Positions 41,964 to 53,446 are shown, counted from the stretch's first letter. The stretch is DNA of 64,000 bases from Chlorokybus atmophyticus (GCA_009103225.1 RHPI01002503.1:687585-751584), one strand, 5' to 3'. Program-made: numbers and translations. The notes: generated from the letters alone by a model not told the origin.

Positions 41964-42488
41964 TCATGCGCATTGGGCGAGATACTCCTCTAGCTGGTCA
42001 AATGTGCCAGCGAAACCCTGCTCCAAGTTGCTCCGAATGTCTTTGAAGAATTTAGCCTCGGCCTCAGTGGCATTTAGGGGCCGAGCTCTTAGCGTCATGA
42101 GGGTAGTGGGGGTGCCATTGTCCTCGTCCTCCAGCGTCAGGCTATCTAGCACCTCCATCGGCCACTCCTGGCTGAAGGGCGCCCTAGCGGCAGCGTCTCC
42201 CGTCTCATCCGTGTACGAGTACACAAAGTCAATCCTACGGGGCGGTTCAACCTCCCTGTAGACAAAGCGACCCCACACGTCCTGGTCCCCGTGACGCATG
42301 CGATAGAGGAAAATGCCGCCAGGGCGGACGTCCGACTTCTCCACGTGGAGGGCGCAGCCTTTGGGACCCCACCACTGAGACAGGCGGTCGCCCTCGCTCC
42401 AGGCGCGGTAGACAAGCTCCAGGGGAGCACGCACAGACCGAGTGATGATAAGGTCCCAGGGGCCGTCCGCAGTCGCCTCCATCGCCAT
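41964..42488 (-). CDS. SRPBCC/AHSA1-like (START/Bet v1 superfamily, CalC-Aha1-like) protein, bacterial type, intronless; ORF is open up to 42644
   Basis: DLIITRSVRAPLELVYRAWS..LSQWWGPKG..DVRPGGIFLYRM..VWGRFVYREVEPPRRIDFV.S..DE.G..RAPFSQEWPMEVL..LEQGFAGTFDQLEEYLA. Confidence 0.9.
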   Translation of the reverse strand: MAMEATADGPWDLIITRSVRAPLELVYRAWSEGDRLSQWWGPKGCALHVEKSDVRPGGIFLYRMRHGDQDVWGRFVYREVEPPRRIDFVYSYTDETGDAAARAPFSQEWPMEVLDSLTLEDEDNGTPTTLMTLRARPLNATEAEAKFFKDIRSNLEQGFAGTFDQLEEYLAQCA

Positions 42489-42801
42489 GGCTGACGCCGC
42501 CGTGCTCTGTGAGTCGCTGCGCAAGGATTTTGTTGCCTCTGATGCCGCCCTTTTTTGAACTGTACCTGCTGCAGCAGCTGGGTCAGCCGTACCAGTACCT
42601 GTCCGACACGATACGTGTGCCGCGGTGTACACAAAGTACTGCATTCATGCAGATACTTACATGTACGTAACAATGCTTGTGACAAGATCTCGACTTTTCC
42701 TTTCAACCTTGCATTATGGTAATTACAAAATCCAATGAACAAATGCATTGACATAGACGGTAACATGGCTTATAAATTTACAGTATATTGCACACCAAGG
42801 T

Positions 42802-44140
42802 CAGTGGTGTTAATAGTGGCCGTATACGGCCAATGTGGCTTTTTGTAAACTTAGCCAAGCATAATTGTGGCTATTTTGGAGCCCAATTGCTACCTGTTAC
42901 AGCTACACTACCGGCCACATGAACTTATAGAAAGCCACGCGTTGGCCTTAACTTTACTCGTTTTCCATCCAAATTAGCCATCTTGATATGATATGTGTAC
43001 TCAGTGCATTTGTGAATTGGCAGGTTAGCTTGGTTGATACAGCACTGAAAGAAGCGAGACATGTACGAGTTATCTTCGATGCAACTGATATATTATGTAT
43101 CATGGCAGGCGCCATTGACATCAATGTCACCGTCACGGAAACCTTTCACAAGAAAGCCGACTCAAGAAGTACAGCATTGTTTCTGCGCGAAGTAACAGGC
43201 CCAGCCAACTCTGAGTTGTGGGAAGTAGCTGTGCGCAAAGCAAAGATCGATGCCCAGCGCGCAGCAGAGCTTGTTCTGCAAGACTTTCAACAACGGTTCC
43301 CGCCTTTCAGAGCTGCTCTTAGGGTTTGGTGTGCTTCAACCCAAATACTGGCAGTCCCGACCAGGGTCAAGTAGCAATGCTGAGGAGCTGAGGTCATCGC
43401 AAAAAGCATGGGATGACAATGCGCGGCAACTGACACGTGTGCTCGGACGCCACTTTGGGCAGGCACAAGTAGTGGGGGCTGCTGAGCTCTCCCCTTTTGT
43501 TGACCAGCAGATGCGCACGCAATAGGATGCATTTGCGCAGACCATGATTGCTGCCGTGCGCTTTTCGGTGGCTTACACCACACGGAGTTTTTAGAAGCAG
43601 CTCATTGTTAATGTTGTTCTCGCAGATCGTATCAGCGAGTATGTCACACTTGCTCAGATCATGCTGGTGTTGCCAGTGGGTAGCGTGGAAAACGAGCGCG
43701 CCTTCTCTATAATGAACATTATTAAAGATGGATTGCGCAACAGGTTGCAGGAAGCGCATCTTAATGTGTGCATGCCAAGCGTAGTGGGCAAAGCTTGGAG
43801 ACTTTCGACATAAAGGGTGCACTCACCATATGGCTTGCGAAAGACAGGCGCATGTTGGGTGCTTAGGCAAGTAGATGGGCAATAGTCGCTACCATTGGTT
43901 ATGTGTGCTCGTACAAGCATGTGCAACAGAATGAGAGTCAAGCTACGAGTGTGCGATATATGTGTTAATGGTCGTGCATGATGCGCAATTTAAAGCAGAC
44001 CTAAAGTGCAAACCTCGAAACAGCCACCATTGGCATGTTGCAAATGAGCCTTCCTTATAGCCAGTTGGCTATACCTAAATGTCAATTATGCATGAAACAA
44101 TCACCATGGCTATTGTAAAATTACCTTAATGACAACCCTG
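42802..44140. mobile_element. Non-autonomous hAT-family DNA transposon, 1339 bp
   Basis: 8-bp direct repeat ACCAAGGT at 42794-42801 and 44141-44148. Imperfect CAG-initiated TIRs (CAGTGGTGTTAATA versus CAGGGTTGTCATTA, 10/14). Decayed hAT C-terminal coding sequence inside. Confidence 0.88.
42988..43813 (+). pseudogene. Decayed hAT transposase C-terminal region (dimerisation domain, ZNF862-like)
   Basis: ..QRFPP / ELLLGFGVLQPKYW (frameshift), in-frame stops, then LAQIMLVLPVGSVENERAFSIMNIIKDGLRNRLQEAHLNVCM at about 43650-43775. Confidence 0.85.
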
Positions 44141-44828
44141 ACCAAGGTGATGTGTATTTATGGTTTGCAATGTATGGGTCTTTACAGCATACATTAATGC
44201 CGCGAACTCTTGGTAACATATAAGTCTGAAAGACCGTGTTATGAATTTGCTAAATTTGTACGGCGGCAGGCATGCATTCCAGATGATGATGTGATTGCAG
44301 ATCAGAATGCTTGTTCTATCGGGATCTTACCAAAATAATTACCGATTTGTCGGCGGCGCAAGCGTCCAGCGCATAAACCTCGCGCACACTTGGTCGCGCC
44401 GCGATGGACGCGGCCCGAGCACTGAAAAGGTGACGCGCGTGTCGTGATGAGTAACGCTTGGTTCATGAAAATGCGCGACACCAAAAGCCGCTGCTGTTTC
44501 AAATACGTTAATGGTAGGAGGTAGGAGGTCCCTTCCCATGCCGCCCCACAGATCCGATGAGTTTATGTGGCGCCACGCGACCCGCGTCAGTGTATCGTAA
44601 CCGTCGAGGATGGTTACACTATTCAGCAGCCTTAATCGATGGATTTGCGGGATTGAAAGTCGCTGCGTCAAGGTCCCTTCCCATCCGATCCGATGTTGTT
44701 TAATCGCGCCACACGACCAGCAACAGTGCATCGCGGCCGTTGGGTATACCGTATTTGCCCGGATAGAAGCCCCCCCCGAATACAAGCCCCCCTGGCAAAA
44801 AAAGGTGGTGGGCCTGTGTAAACACTTA

Positions 44829-47794
44829 GGGTAAGAGTGCCTAATTTCGGAGGTTTTTGAGGTTTTAAGGTTGTGGCGGCTAATAAGTACGTGTTTTGGC
44901 GGTGATGTATATCTAGGAATTGTAGCTGAGGCTTAGGGCTACACAGTGGTTATTTTTTTGCATTTTTTGGCGCAGTATCGCGCCAGATACAGCACGCCAA
45001 AATAGGGGTATTTTGAGGCTCTCCTCAAAAGTGAGTTGCCCCTAATTTCGGAAGGTCAGAACGCGCTGTCAGCGCGCTAGCAGCACTTATCGCTTGTGAA
45101 GGGTGTGAGGGGTTGGCGGGGTTAGCCTTGCTGTCTTGGCAGCTTATCAAGCCTGTAATAGGCCCAGTGCTGCGCCAGCCTATCACAGGCTTGTCTTGCA
45201 GCCAATTAATGCAGCTATTTTTTGGCGCTAAGCTACGCCGCCATGTTGGCGCCAAGCAGGTAGTTGTGCTGCAAGTTAGGGTTGGCGCCGGCGGCGCTGT
45301 GCAGGAGGCGTGCACAGGGGTGTGAGCGCACAGAGTGTGGTGCCAAGGCCTAGGAGTTGATGGTTGAGCGGCGGCATGCAAACTGCTGGTGGGAAGGAGT
45401 AGACATTGGGTGTATCACATACTGAGCTGAGCGCGCCTGTCTTGGGCCTGCGCTGTGAGGCTGAGACGTGTGTGGTTGTAATCTCTGGTGTTCTACCACT
45501 CCTGCTGTGCATAAGTGTTGGCTTGGCTTGCTGATTGCCTTGGCTTGCTATGTGATCCTACTTGCAACCTGGCCGAATCAGTTGTATCGCTATGCAAGGC
45601 GGAGTGCAAGGCAATCCATCTTGCAAGCAAGGCAAGCCAAGGTGATCTGGTTGCTTTCTTGTTGGAGTTGTTGTTGTTGTTGTGGAGGCTGTTGTTGCTG
45701 TGTGTGTCTATGTACAAGTTATGTCTATTTACAAGTTGCATCTGCCCTGCTACAGGCCTACCTAAGCTGCAGCATGCATGACGCTGACGCTGGTTGCTGT
45801 GTTGCAGCTCGCTGCTTTGCTCGCCAGCGTGCGCCTGCTGCTCGCGCTTTAGGGTTGGGCCTGAAGCGTGTGTTGGCGTAGTCCTCTGCTACGTCACCGA
45901 ACGGATCTCCTTGCTGGTTGCAACACAACACAGGATCCCATTCGTAGCGGCAAAGGATAGCCAGCGCCTCATCCCTGGTCTTGTCCCTCTGCTCTTTCTC
46001 AAGGCGAGTTGCCTCCTCTGCTTCCGCCTTCTGCCTTGCTGCCTCTGCTTGCTTGTCCTCCCTTGCAGCACGTCTTTCACCCTTCTCTGCTTGTTCCAAC
46101 ATCTTCTTCCTCTCACTAGCAGCCTTCTTGGCTGCTCTTGCTGTTGCCTTATGAGCTGCTGCCATTGCTGCTGCCTCCTTCTTGTTTGCTTGTTCTTCTT
46201 GCCTGCGTAGCTTTGCCTGTCTCTTCTGCTCCTTCTCTTCGTCTTGAGCCACCAGCATTGCGTGCAGCTCGTCGCTGGTGAGGAGGTGTGCAGTGGTAAC
46301 CCCCCTCCTTTTCTTAGGTGCTTCTGTATGCAAGGCACAGTCTTCCACCTCCACCTCTGGGTTGGCGTCAGCCTGGGCTGTGGCATCATCAACATCAATG
46401 GCTTGCAGCAGGGCTCCCAAGTGACCAGCTGGCAGAACAGGGGGTAGGTACTTGTCCACTGCATGCTTGTTAATTGGCCATAGGCCACAAGCACGAAAGC
46501 CGCTGATGATGTTGGTTGATGACAGCCCTGCAAAGAATGGCTCCACAAGCATGCTCAAAAACTCCTTTCTGTGCAGGTGGTAGTTGAAGCGTGTCCTCTG
46601 CCTCTGTTGGTATTGCTTCCGGTAGCTCTCTTTGAAGGGGTGAAAGCATGCCACATCAAGAACTTGCAGCCTATGTGTGGTGTGAGGAGGAAGTATCAGA
46701 ATGTGCAAACCCTTCTCCTTGGCGTACTCAATCATGACTGGGTTGTAGCGGCTAACATGCCCATCTATGACAAGCAGTGCAGGTTTGTCAAGCGACACGC
46801 CGCCAGGGATGTGGTCCACCAACATCTTCACCCACTCTTGAAAGATTTCCGTTGTCATCCACGCGTTGTCTTGAGCCTTGAACCGGGCATCTGGCACCTT
46901 CTTCCCGAAGTCTCTGTAGTCGTCATTGAGCCTTTTGCCCTTCAAAATGACCAGGGGGGNTCTCACACGCTTGCTGCCCTGCTCCCACACACACAAGCAC
47001 ATGTAAGACAGGGGTGGTCTGAGTGGAAGCAAGCCACAAGGATGCAGATGCGGTGCGAAAGCACACATCACCCACCCTAGTGCCCTTTGTGCTTGGCATA
47101 GATTGAAGTAGTTGTAGCCCCATGTATGAGTTGTACACTTGCTTGAGCTGCCCACAATCTTATCAACACCTCCTTGACTGCCACAAGCTTGCCACTCACC
47201 CGCACTTGCCAATGGCCTGTCCTAGCACTCACACATGCAACTTGGTCCGGACTGCACTCACACCCAACCAGAGCGCTAACAGCTCCCAAGTTGCATTCTG
47301 AACACTATATACCCATTTCAAACACCTAAGCACGTTGACACAAGGCGCCAACCCCGTTTTCAAAGCTTTAGGCTACATACTACATCTGCCCCACCTCACT
47401 CCATGCGCTACGCAACACCCCCCCACCCCCAACATTGTAACTTTTGCATAACCGCGTCATATGCAATGAAACTTGGTAGACAGATAGAGCACAGTAAGAG
47501 CTCTCTATTGCACTAGGTTTCATTCGAATTGATAAAGAATTGACCAATTTATGACCAGACAAAGTTTAGGGTTCATGCACACGGCCAAAGGGTCTTACAA
47601 CCCCCCCCTTTGAAAATTTGAATTGGCCGCCATACTTGGCCGTTTCAACTGAATTTTGGCTCATCAGAACCCGATTGATACTTAGTTGATTGCCTGTAAG
47701 TTTCACGTTGATCGGGATTGAGATGCGCCGTCAGCAGCTCAAAAACTAGCATTTCCGAAATTAGGGCATGTTCCGAAGTTAGGCACCTTTACCC
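44829..47794. mobile_element. Second pogo/Fot1-like (DDE_1) element, 2966 bp, nested 80 bp inside the left end of the outer element
   Basis: TIR GGGTAAGAGTGCCTAATTTCGGA at 44829 versus reverse complement GGGTAAAGGTGCCTAACTTCGGA ending at 47794 (3 mismatches). TA at 44827-44828 and 47795-47796. Internal copies of CCTAATTTCGGAA near 45040 and 47755. Confidence 0.88.
45758..47138 (-). pseudogene. DDE_1 (Fot1/pogo-like) transposase of the inner element, 5' part decayed
   Basis: PLVILKGK..QDNAWMTTEIFQEW..ALLVIDGHVSR..LILPPHTTHRLQVLDVACFHPFK..NIISGFRACGLWP. The segment expected to carry the first Asp reads YNSYMGLQL in another frame (frame change at the N at 46960). No HTH found upstream. Confidence 0.85.
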
Positions 47795-47989
47795 TACTAG
47801 CCCCCCCGACCGTTTACAAGCCCCCCTTTTCAGACCAGCTGCTCTTACCCAAACTGTATGTATAGATCATGTGCATTGAGCAAGCGTATGTGTGCAATGA
47901 CCAAGGCATAAACTTCAACACTGCATGCATGCACGATAATGCTGAAATGGAATTGTTCAATATAGCAACACACTCTGAACATACAGCCT

Positions 47990-50337
47990 CTAGACCTCAC
48001 TATCTGAGTCAGTAAGGCACTCACTGTCACTACTGATCTCCTGCACCTTCTTACTGCCCTCATCATCTACTGCAGACTTGGAGGCTTCCTTCCTTTTCTC
48101 CATACGCGTTGCGCGCTCATTCTCCGCATCCTCCAACACTTGCTGCTCTTCAAGGGGCAGCTCCTCATAGGGTAGAAGCTCATCCTCCTCCTCTCCGACC
48201 ACCTGCAGATGCTCGTCGACGATGTCATCCTGGCTGCCATCCATGTCATGACTCAAACCACATTTGACAAATGACGTCTTGATGAGTTCAACGGGAATCT
48301 TCTCCCAGCTTCTGCGAACCCACTCGCACAACTGTGCTTCATTTGGTGGGCGTTGATGCCCAGCTGGTGTGAAGGTGTGCTGGCTGGCATCCGCCATCCA
48401 CATGGTGAACTGTGTAATGCCCAAGTCAGCACTTTATCATCTTACAATGCACACACGCGCAACAGGCTTCACTTCTCTCACCTCAGCACGCATCAAACCC
48501 TTGAAAGGCTTGTTGATTGAGACGTCAAGGGGTTGGACAATCGATGTGAGACCACCAGGAATGACTGCCATATCAATGCGCGCATGCAGAGCATCTTGTT
48601 TGACACTGTCACACAAGTGAGCACTGAAGCTATCCCACACCAACAGCGCGCGCTGACCAAACACCTGCCATACACATACACGCACACGGTCACAAGCATG
48701 ATGAGCACACATGCATGACTGACACTTGTGTGTAGACAACAACTACCCACCTGTTTGGGGCGTTTCTTCAACACCTGTTGGACGTACAACTGCGACAAGG
48801 CTTCATTCATCCATCCCTTTGGGTTGGCCCACACAATGACCCCTACTGGCTTGAGGTCTCGCGGCACGGTTGCGCGCTTGAATATGATGACAGGCAACAA
48901 TTTGGAACCATCGGCCGCACATCCAAGCACCACTGTCATGTTCTTCTTCTCATGGCCAGTACCCTTCACATGCACATCTCTACTACCACATTGATTGATG
49001 GTTGTGCCGGCAATGAGGTTGTAAGGCATAGGAGTTTCATCTACATTCAAGATAGCAGGCAGGCCATACTTGTTGGCAGCACGCATTGTGGTGACATACC
49101 GCCGAAAGGCATCCACTTTCTCAACCACATCTTTGGGCAAGCGTTGAGCAACTTTGGTGCGCCTTCGCGTCACCAAATCGTGCCGCCTCATGAAGCGGCG
49201 TAGCCAACCCAAGGATGCTTTGATAGTGACTTGCTCTTCTTCATCATGGTCCTCATTCCATCTTCTGATCAATTTGCGCGCATGCTCCTGTTCATAACAT
49301 ACAACACATTATTGCAACGTTGCACAGTCACCTATACAACCAACGCGTGCAAGACATGTTCATACCTGAACCATTGGTGCACTGACTGCTAGCCCTCTTG
49401 TGCGTTGGTCTATCACATACTCTATGCATCCCTCGTCAATCATAGGAGCTTCGGCTGCCTTGCCCCCACCCTTTAGCCTAAAGCGCACCTGTGAGTTGCC
49501 TTCAATGGCAGCTCTGTTTTCCACCCATCTGCGCAAGCTTTTCGCTGACACGGTTGTCTTGCGTGCAACCTCTTTCTTGGACCAGCCTTGATCCAGCAGG
49601 CGTAAAACCTTTTGCTGCAAATAGTTGGGGAGTGAGAAGAGAGCAGCAAGTGCGGATGTGACTGACACATGTGACTGAGTGCATGCATGTGCACCGAGTG
49701 CATCCATGTGACCGAGTGCATGCATGTGCACTGCGTGCATGTGACTGCGTGCATCCATGTGACCGAGTGCATTCACGTGCACTGAGTGCAATTATGTGAC
49801 TGAGTGCATGCATGTGACTCGAGTACATGCATGTGACTGCGTGCATGTATGTGACTGAGTGCATGCATGTCCATCGAGTACATGCATGTGACAGAGACAA
49901 TGCGCATCATGTAGCATGGCAGGAGAGCAATGATTATATGCAATAACTGTGCAATGACTGAGTGCCGCCGCCGCCGCCGCAGCAGCAGCCGCCTGTGATG
50001 ATCAGGATGCAGAAGAGCGTCACGCTGGCGGTGAGCGCCCCGTAGGCGTTAGCCGCAGGGAGGCACCTTCAGAGCGTGGCGCACAAAAGCAGAAGAAGAA
50101 TATCCGCAACCAGTTCATCAACTGGCAGAAGGTGCGTGCATGCTCATGCATGACGTTGAGAGACAGAATGCATGAGCATGCACGCACCTTCTGCCAGTTG
50201 GTGAACTGGTTGCGGATATTCTTCTTCTGCTTTTGTGCGCCACGCTCTGAAGGTGCCTCCCTGCGGCTAACGCCTACGGGGCGCTCACCGCCAGCGTGAC
50301 GCTCTTCTGCATCCTGATCATCACAGGCGGCTGCTGC
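47990..50337 (-). CDS. pogo-family transposase (HTH + CENP-B HTH + DDE_1), spliced and apparently intact; start hidden in the N gap
   Basis: Exons ..50188, 49614-49366, 49287-48751, 48664-48482 and 48409-47990 join in phase 0: RNQFTNWQK|QKVLRLL..KSLRRW, KASLGWLRRFMRRHDL, ILNVDETP, GHEKKNMTVVLGCAADGSKLLP..KGWMN, LLVWDSFSAH, IPGGLTSIVQPLDVSINKPFK, SFVKCGLS. No stop in these exons. Confidence 0.9.
49657..49892. repeat. Degenerate minisatellite (ATGTGACTGAGTGCATGC-like units) in the first pogo intron
   Basis: Repeated GTGAC(T/C)(G/A)AGTGCAT units seen directly. Confidence 0.8.
49982..50337. repeat. Near-perfect inverted repeat: 170-bp arms (49982-50151 and 50168-50337), 16-nt loop
   Basis: The arms are reverse complements with one mismatch seen (TTCATCA versus TTCACCA). 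The right arm ends at the N gap. Confidence 0.93.
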
Positions 50338-51050
50338 NNNNNNNNNNNNNNNNNNNNNNNNNNNNNNNNNNNNNNNNNNNNNNNNNNNNNNNNNNNNNNN
50401 NNNNNNNNNNNNNNNNNNNNNNNNNNNNNNNNNNNNNNNNNNNNNNNNNNNNNNNNNNNNNNNNNNNNNNNNNNNNNNNNNNNNNNNNNNNNNNNNNNNN
50501 NNNNNNNNNNNNNCCCCCCCCGTTTGATACAAGCCCCCCCCGAGTACAAGCCCCCTTCATAAAAAGGGGTGGGGGGCTTCTGTAAAAAGGGGGGGCTTCT
50601 ATCCGGGCAAATACGGTATTTGTGGTATTAAGCAACTTTTATCGATAGAGATGTGCGGGATCTACAGCATGAAATTTCACGCCGTGTGACCAACCCTTAT
50701 CGCGGCGAATCTACTACCATAGCAGCACGATACGGCATTTACCGACTTTCGATACCGTGTCATACCTGTACCAACACCCAGCGGTACTTGATACGCGTAT
50801 TCGGCGTAATTGTTGGAGTCCACCACCTAAACTTCTTTGATGCTGAAAAAGTCTTTGAGAGTACCGAGTATTCTGAGCTCCTGGTTGCGGTGTTAATGGC
50901 GAAAAACGTCGCAGGGGGCGGCCAGATGAACTACAATGTTCTAACTGCTATAAGTTCGCTCTTTCGCTGCATACATACTAACTGGGCGTATCGACCGTAT
51001 TGGCTAAACGTAATACCGCATCAACACCCGCATTGAGCAGCAAACGTATT

Positions 51051-51172
51051 TAGCACCATATCAGTATCGTGCTACTATGTCCAATACCAACGAGTGGTGC
51101 GGCTGTAGGGTGTAGCACCGTATCAGTATCGTGCTACTATGTCCAATACCAACGAGTGGTGCGGCTGTAGGG
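51051..51172. repeat. Two-copy tandem duplication (period 62 bp)
   Basis: TAGCACC(A/G)TATCAGTATCGTGCTACTATGTCCAATACCAACGAGTGGTGCGGCTGTAGGG at 51051 and 51113. Confidence 0.92.
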
Positions 51173-52680
51173 CCTGCCGGCCGGCATTCAACCTACATCA
51201 CACATCCCGCGCAAGGGCCATCACACGGCACCCGCGACTGCCGGGCTGCGCTGCAGTATGTGCGGCCCGCCTGCTTCTCATTGGCTAGGCGGCGAGTACA
51301 AGTGTTACACCGTTAGATCTGCCTAAAAACCATCCTGGCCGTCCAAAGCACATATAATTGTTGAAACGCATGCCAATAAATGTACAATTAAGCACAGTTC
51401 TGCATACGTGGCCGCTTATGGCTGCATGTTGATCATTGTTATGTGTTACAATAATAGTATTAATAGTATGGACATACATTGATACATGTTGATCGTTTGT
51501 TCGGCTGTTCACCATCCAAAATAACCATCTCGGCACAGTCCGACAATTATGGCGAGCATTGAAGCAAAGTCCACATGCACAATATCTGTGATGTGTTGCG
51601 ATATGAAGCACATATGGTGCAATACGGTGCAATATGGCTAGCAACCTGCAGTTAAGTGTTACAAAACTTAATATTTACGTAACATTCACGCCATGGTATG
51701 CTAAAATATTCAGTAGATAATGCCAAGGTTACAACCATCAAAATAATGCTAACCTGGATTACCTTACCGTTATGATTCAACTAAACGAACAATTGCATCG
51801 TCAGGCCACCAATTGGTCATGTATGATGGCGGCTTAAGCATAGCTTCAACGACTATCATGACTTGTCAGCAATGCGGGCTCGCGTGATTATGGCTACGAG
51901 ACTTGCGTCACACAAAGTGCACAACTTGCACATTAGCTGTTAAGGGAGCACTATTACCAATGGCGGGTGGTCAGTGAATTGACTCACGAATTGGTGCAAA
52001 CGCACCATAGTTGCACAACACGAGTTTTTGAGGGCAAACATACGAAAATTACTAGTATTTCAGCCAGGTTTGTCATACGCCTGAAATATACATAAAAATA
52101 CGTTATGTACTATTTTTCTATGCCTTGCTTTAAGATTCTGCACTCTTGTGACCGCGTTAGGCGGTATATAACTTCAAAACCAAGTAGTTCCGATGCTGGT
52201 CGGAAGCTGTGGGAAGCGGAATGTCACCACGTAGCACTACTTGGTTTGGGATTACTTCAAAAATAATGACGCATACTTTCGTGCGTCTGTGCGTCTGTAG
52301 CTTCGCTCTTTTGCGGGAAGGAATGTTCAGCAGCAACGCAACCCATTGCAGCACAACCAACAAGCAGGTTTGTTGTGTGCTGTGCTGTGCTGCCATAAGA
52401 AAACAAGTGAAGCAAGGTTGCACGTGAATAAATAGGTTCCATAAGCTAAGCATGCACACATGCTGCGCATTTCCTGCAGGCCAGTTGGGGTACTCCTTTC
52501 AGCTCAGCTGCTTCAGCTCAGCATGCAGCTATGCTACATGCCACGATAAAACATCAACTTCACTAATGTGCGCTCACTAAGTTGTTTTTATTTTTGAGCT
52601 TGCCATCGTTGGTTTCACAGTTTCCAGAGGTGCTCTTGTCACGTTTCTGTCTCTCATGGTGCTTTACGTGCAGATGTCAT

Positions 52681-52761
52681 CCTATGCTAACAGCTTCATC
52701 ACATCATACGTTGTTCCGTGATGCTGAACAACGTATAATGTGATGAAGCTGGTAGCATAGG
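52681..52761. ncRNA. Isolated 36-bp stem-loop, candidate miRNA/siRNA precursor
   Basis: Arms 52681-52716 and 52726-52761 pair with two single mismatches around a 9-nt loop. The hairpin is direct; RNA function is inference. Confidence 0.35.
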
Positions 52762-53446
52762 TTGAGTGACGTCAGTCACCCCCTCCTTCACCTCGCTCTC
52801 ATCTGAAAAAGGGAGGTTTTTTTTCGCTAAAAATTGCGTCAGGCCCTATCGGCGTCGTCGGTCCGCGACTGGAGGGCGTTCTGGTCTAAGCGATTGTGAC
52901 GGGAGCCTATGGATTTTTTCTGGTGGCGTCCATGGACAGTAGCGTCAAGGTACTGTTGTAGGATGGTTGGTGTTTGTTGAAAAGCATCCACTGGTTACAA
53001 CACAAATATCACTACTGTAGTAGAAGAACAGTGAGCAATAAGCAAAACAACCACAATGTTTTTCACTCAAAACACAACGTTGCCGATGTTGCATAATATG
53101 ACAGTGAACCTATCAGTAGTGTCATTGCTGTTGTTGTCTAGTTGAACAAGACAGTGGCAGCAAGATACTGCAAAAGCCAGTATCAATAGCGACAACGATG
53201 CAGCTGCTGCCACATTATGTGATCAACATCTTATCAGATCAAGCAAACACAGCTTGCAAGTACACTTGAAGCAAGAATTGTGCGCAAGCGACTTGTATCG
53301 CTACAGCTGTCTGTGCCAGTGTTACGGACACTGCGCATTGCTTTGCACTCACCTGACATGCGTTCACACTTGTGGCATTGTTTCGCGAAGTGCAATTGCT
53401 GCTGGCACAGCAGATGTTGACCTACTCATGCTTGCGTTTCACAGCT

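Larger units (their letters stand above)
44749..50616. mobile_element. pogo-like (Tc1/mariner superfamily) DNA transposon, outer element of a nest
   Basis: 28-bp TIR CCGTATTTGCCCGGATAGAAGCCCCCCC starting at 44749 and its reverse complement ending at 50616. TA on both sides (44747-44748, 50617-50618). Repeated subterminal TACAAGCCCCC motifs at both ends. Confidence 0.93.

Noticed and set aside
51051-51172. Direct repeats as a possible CRISPR array
   Set aside because: Two adjacent 62-bp copies with no spacer, in eukaryotic context, with no cas genes. The same applies to 14001-14116 and 49657-49892.
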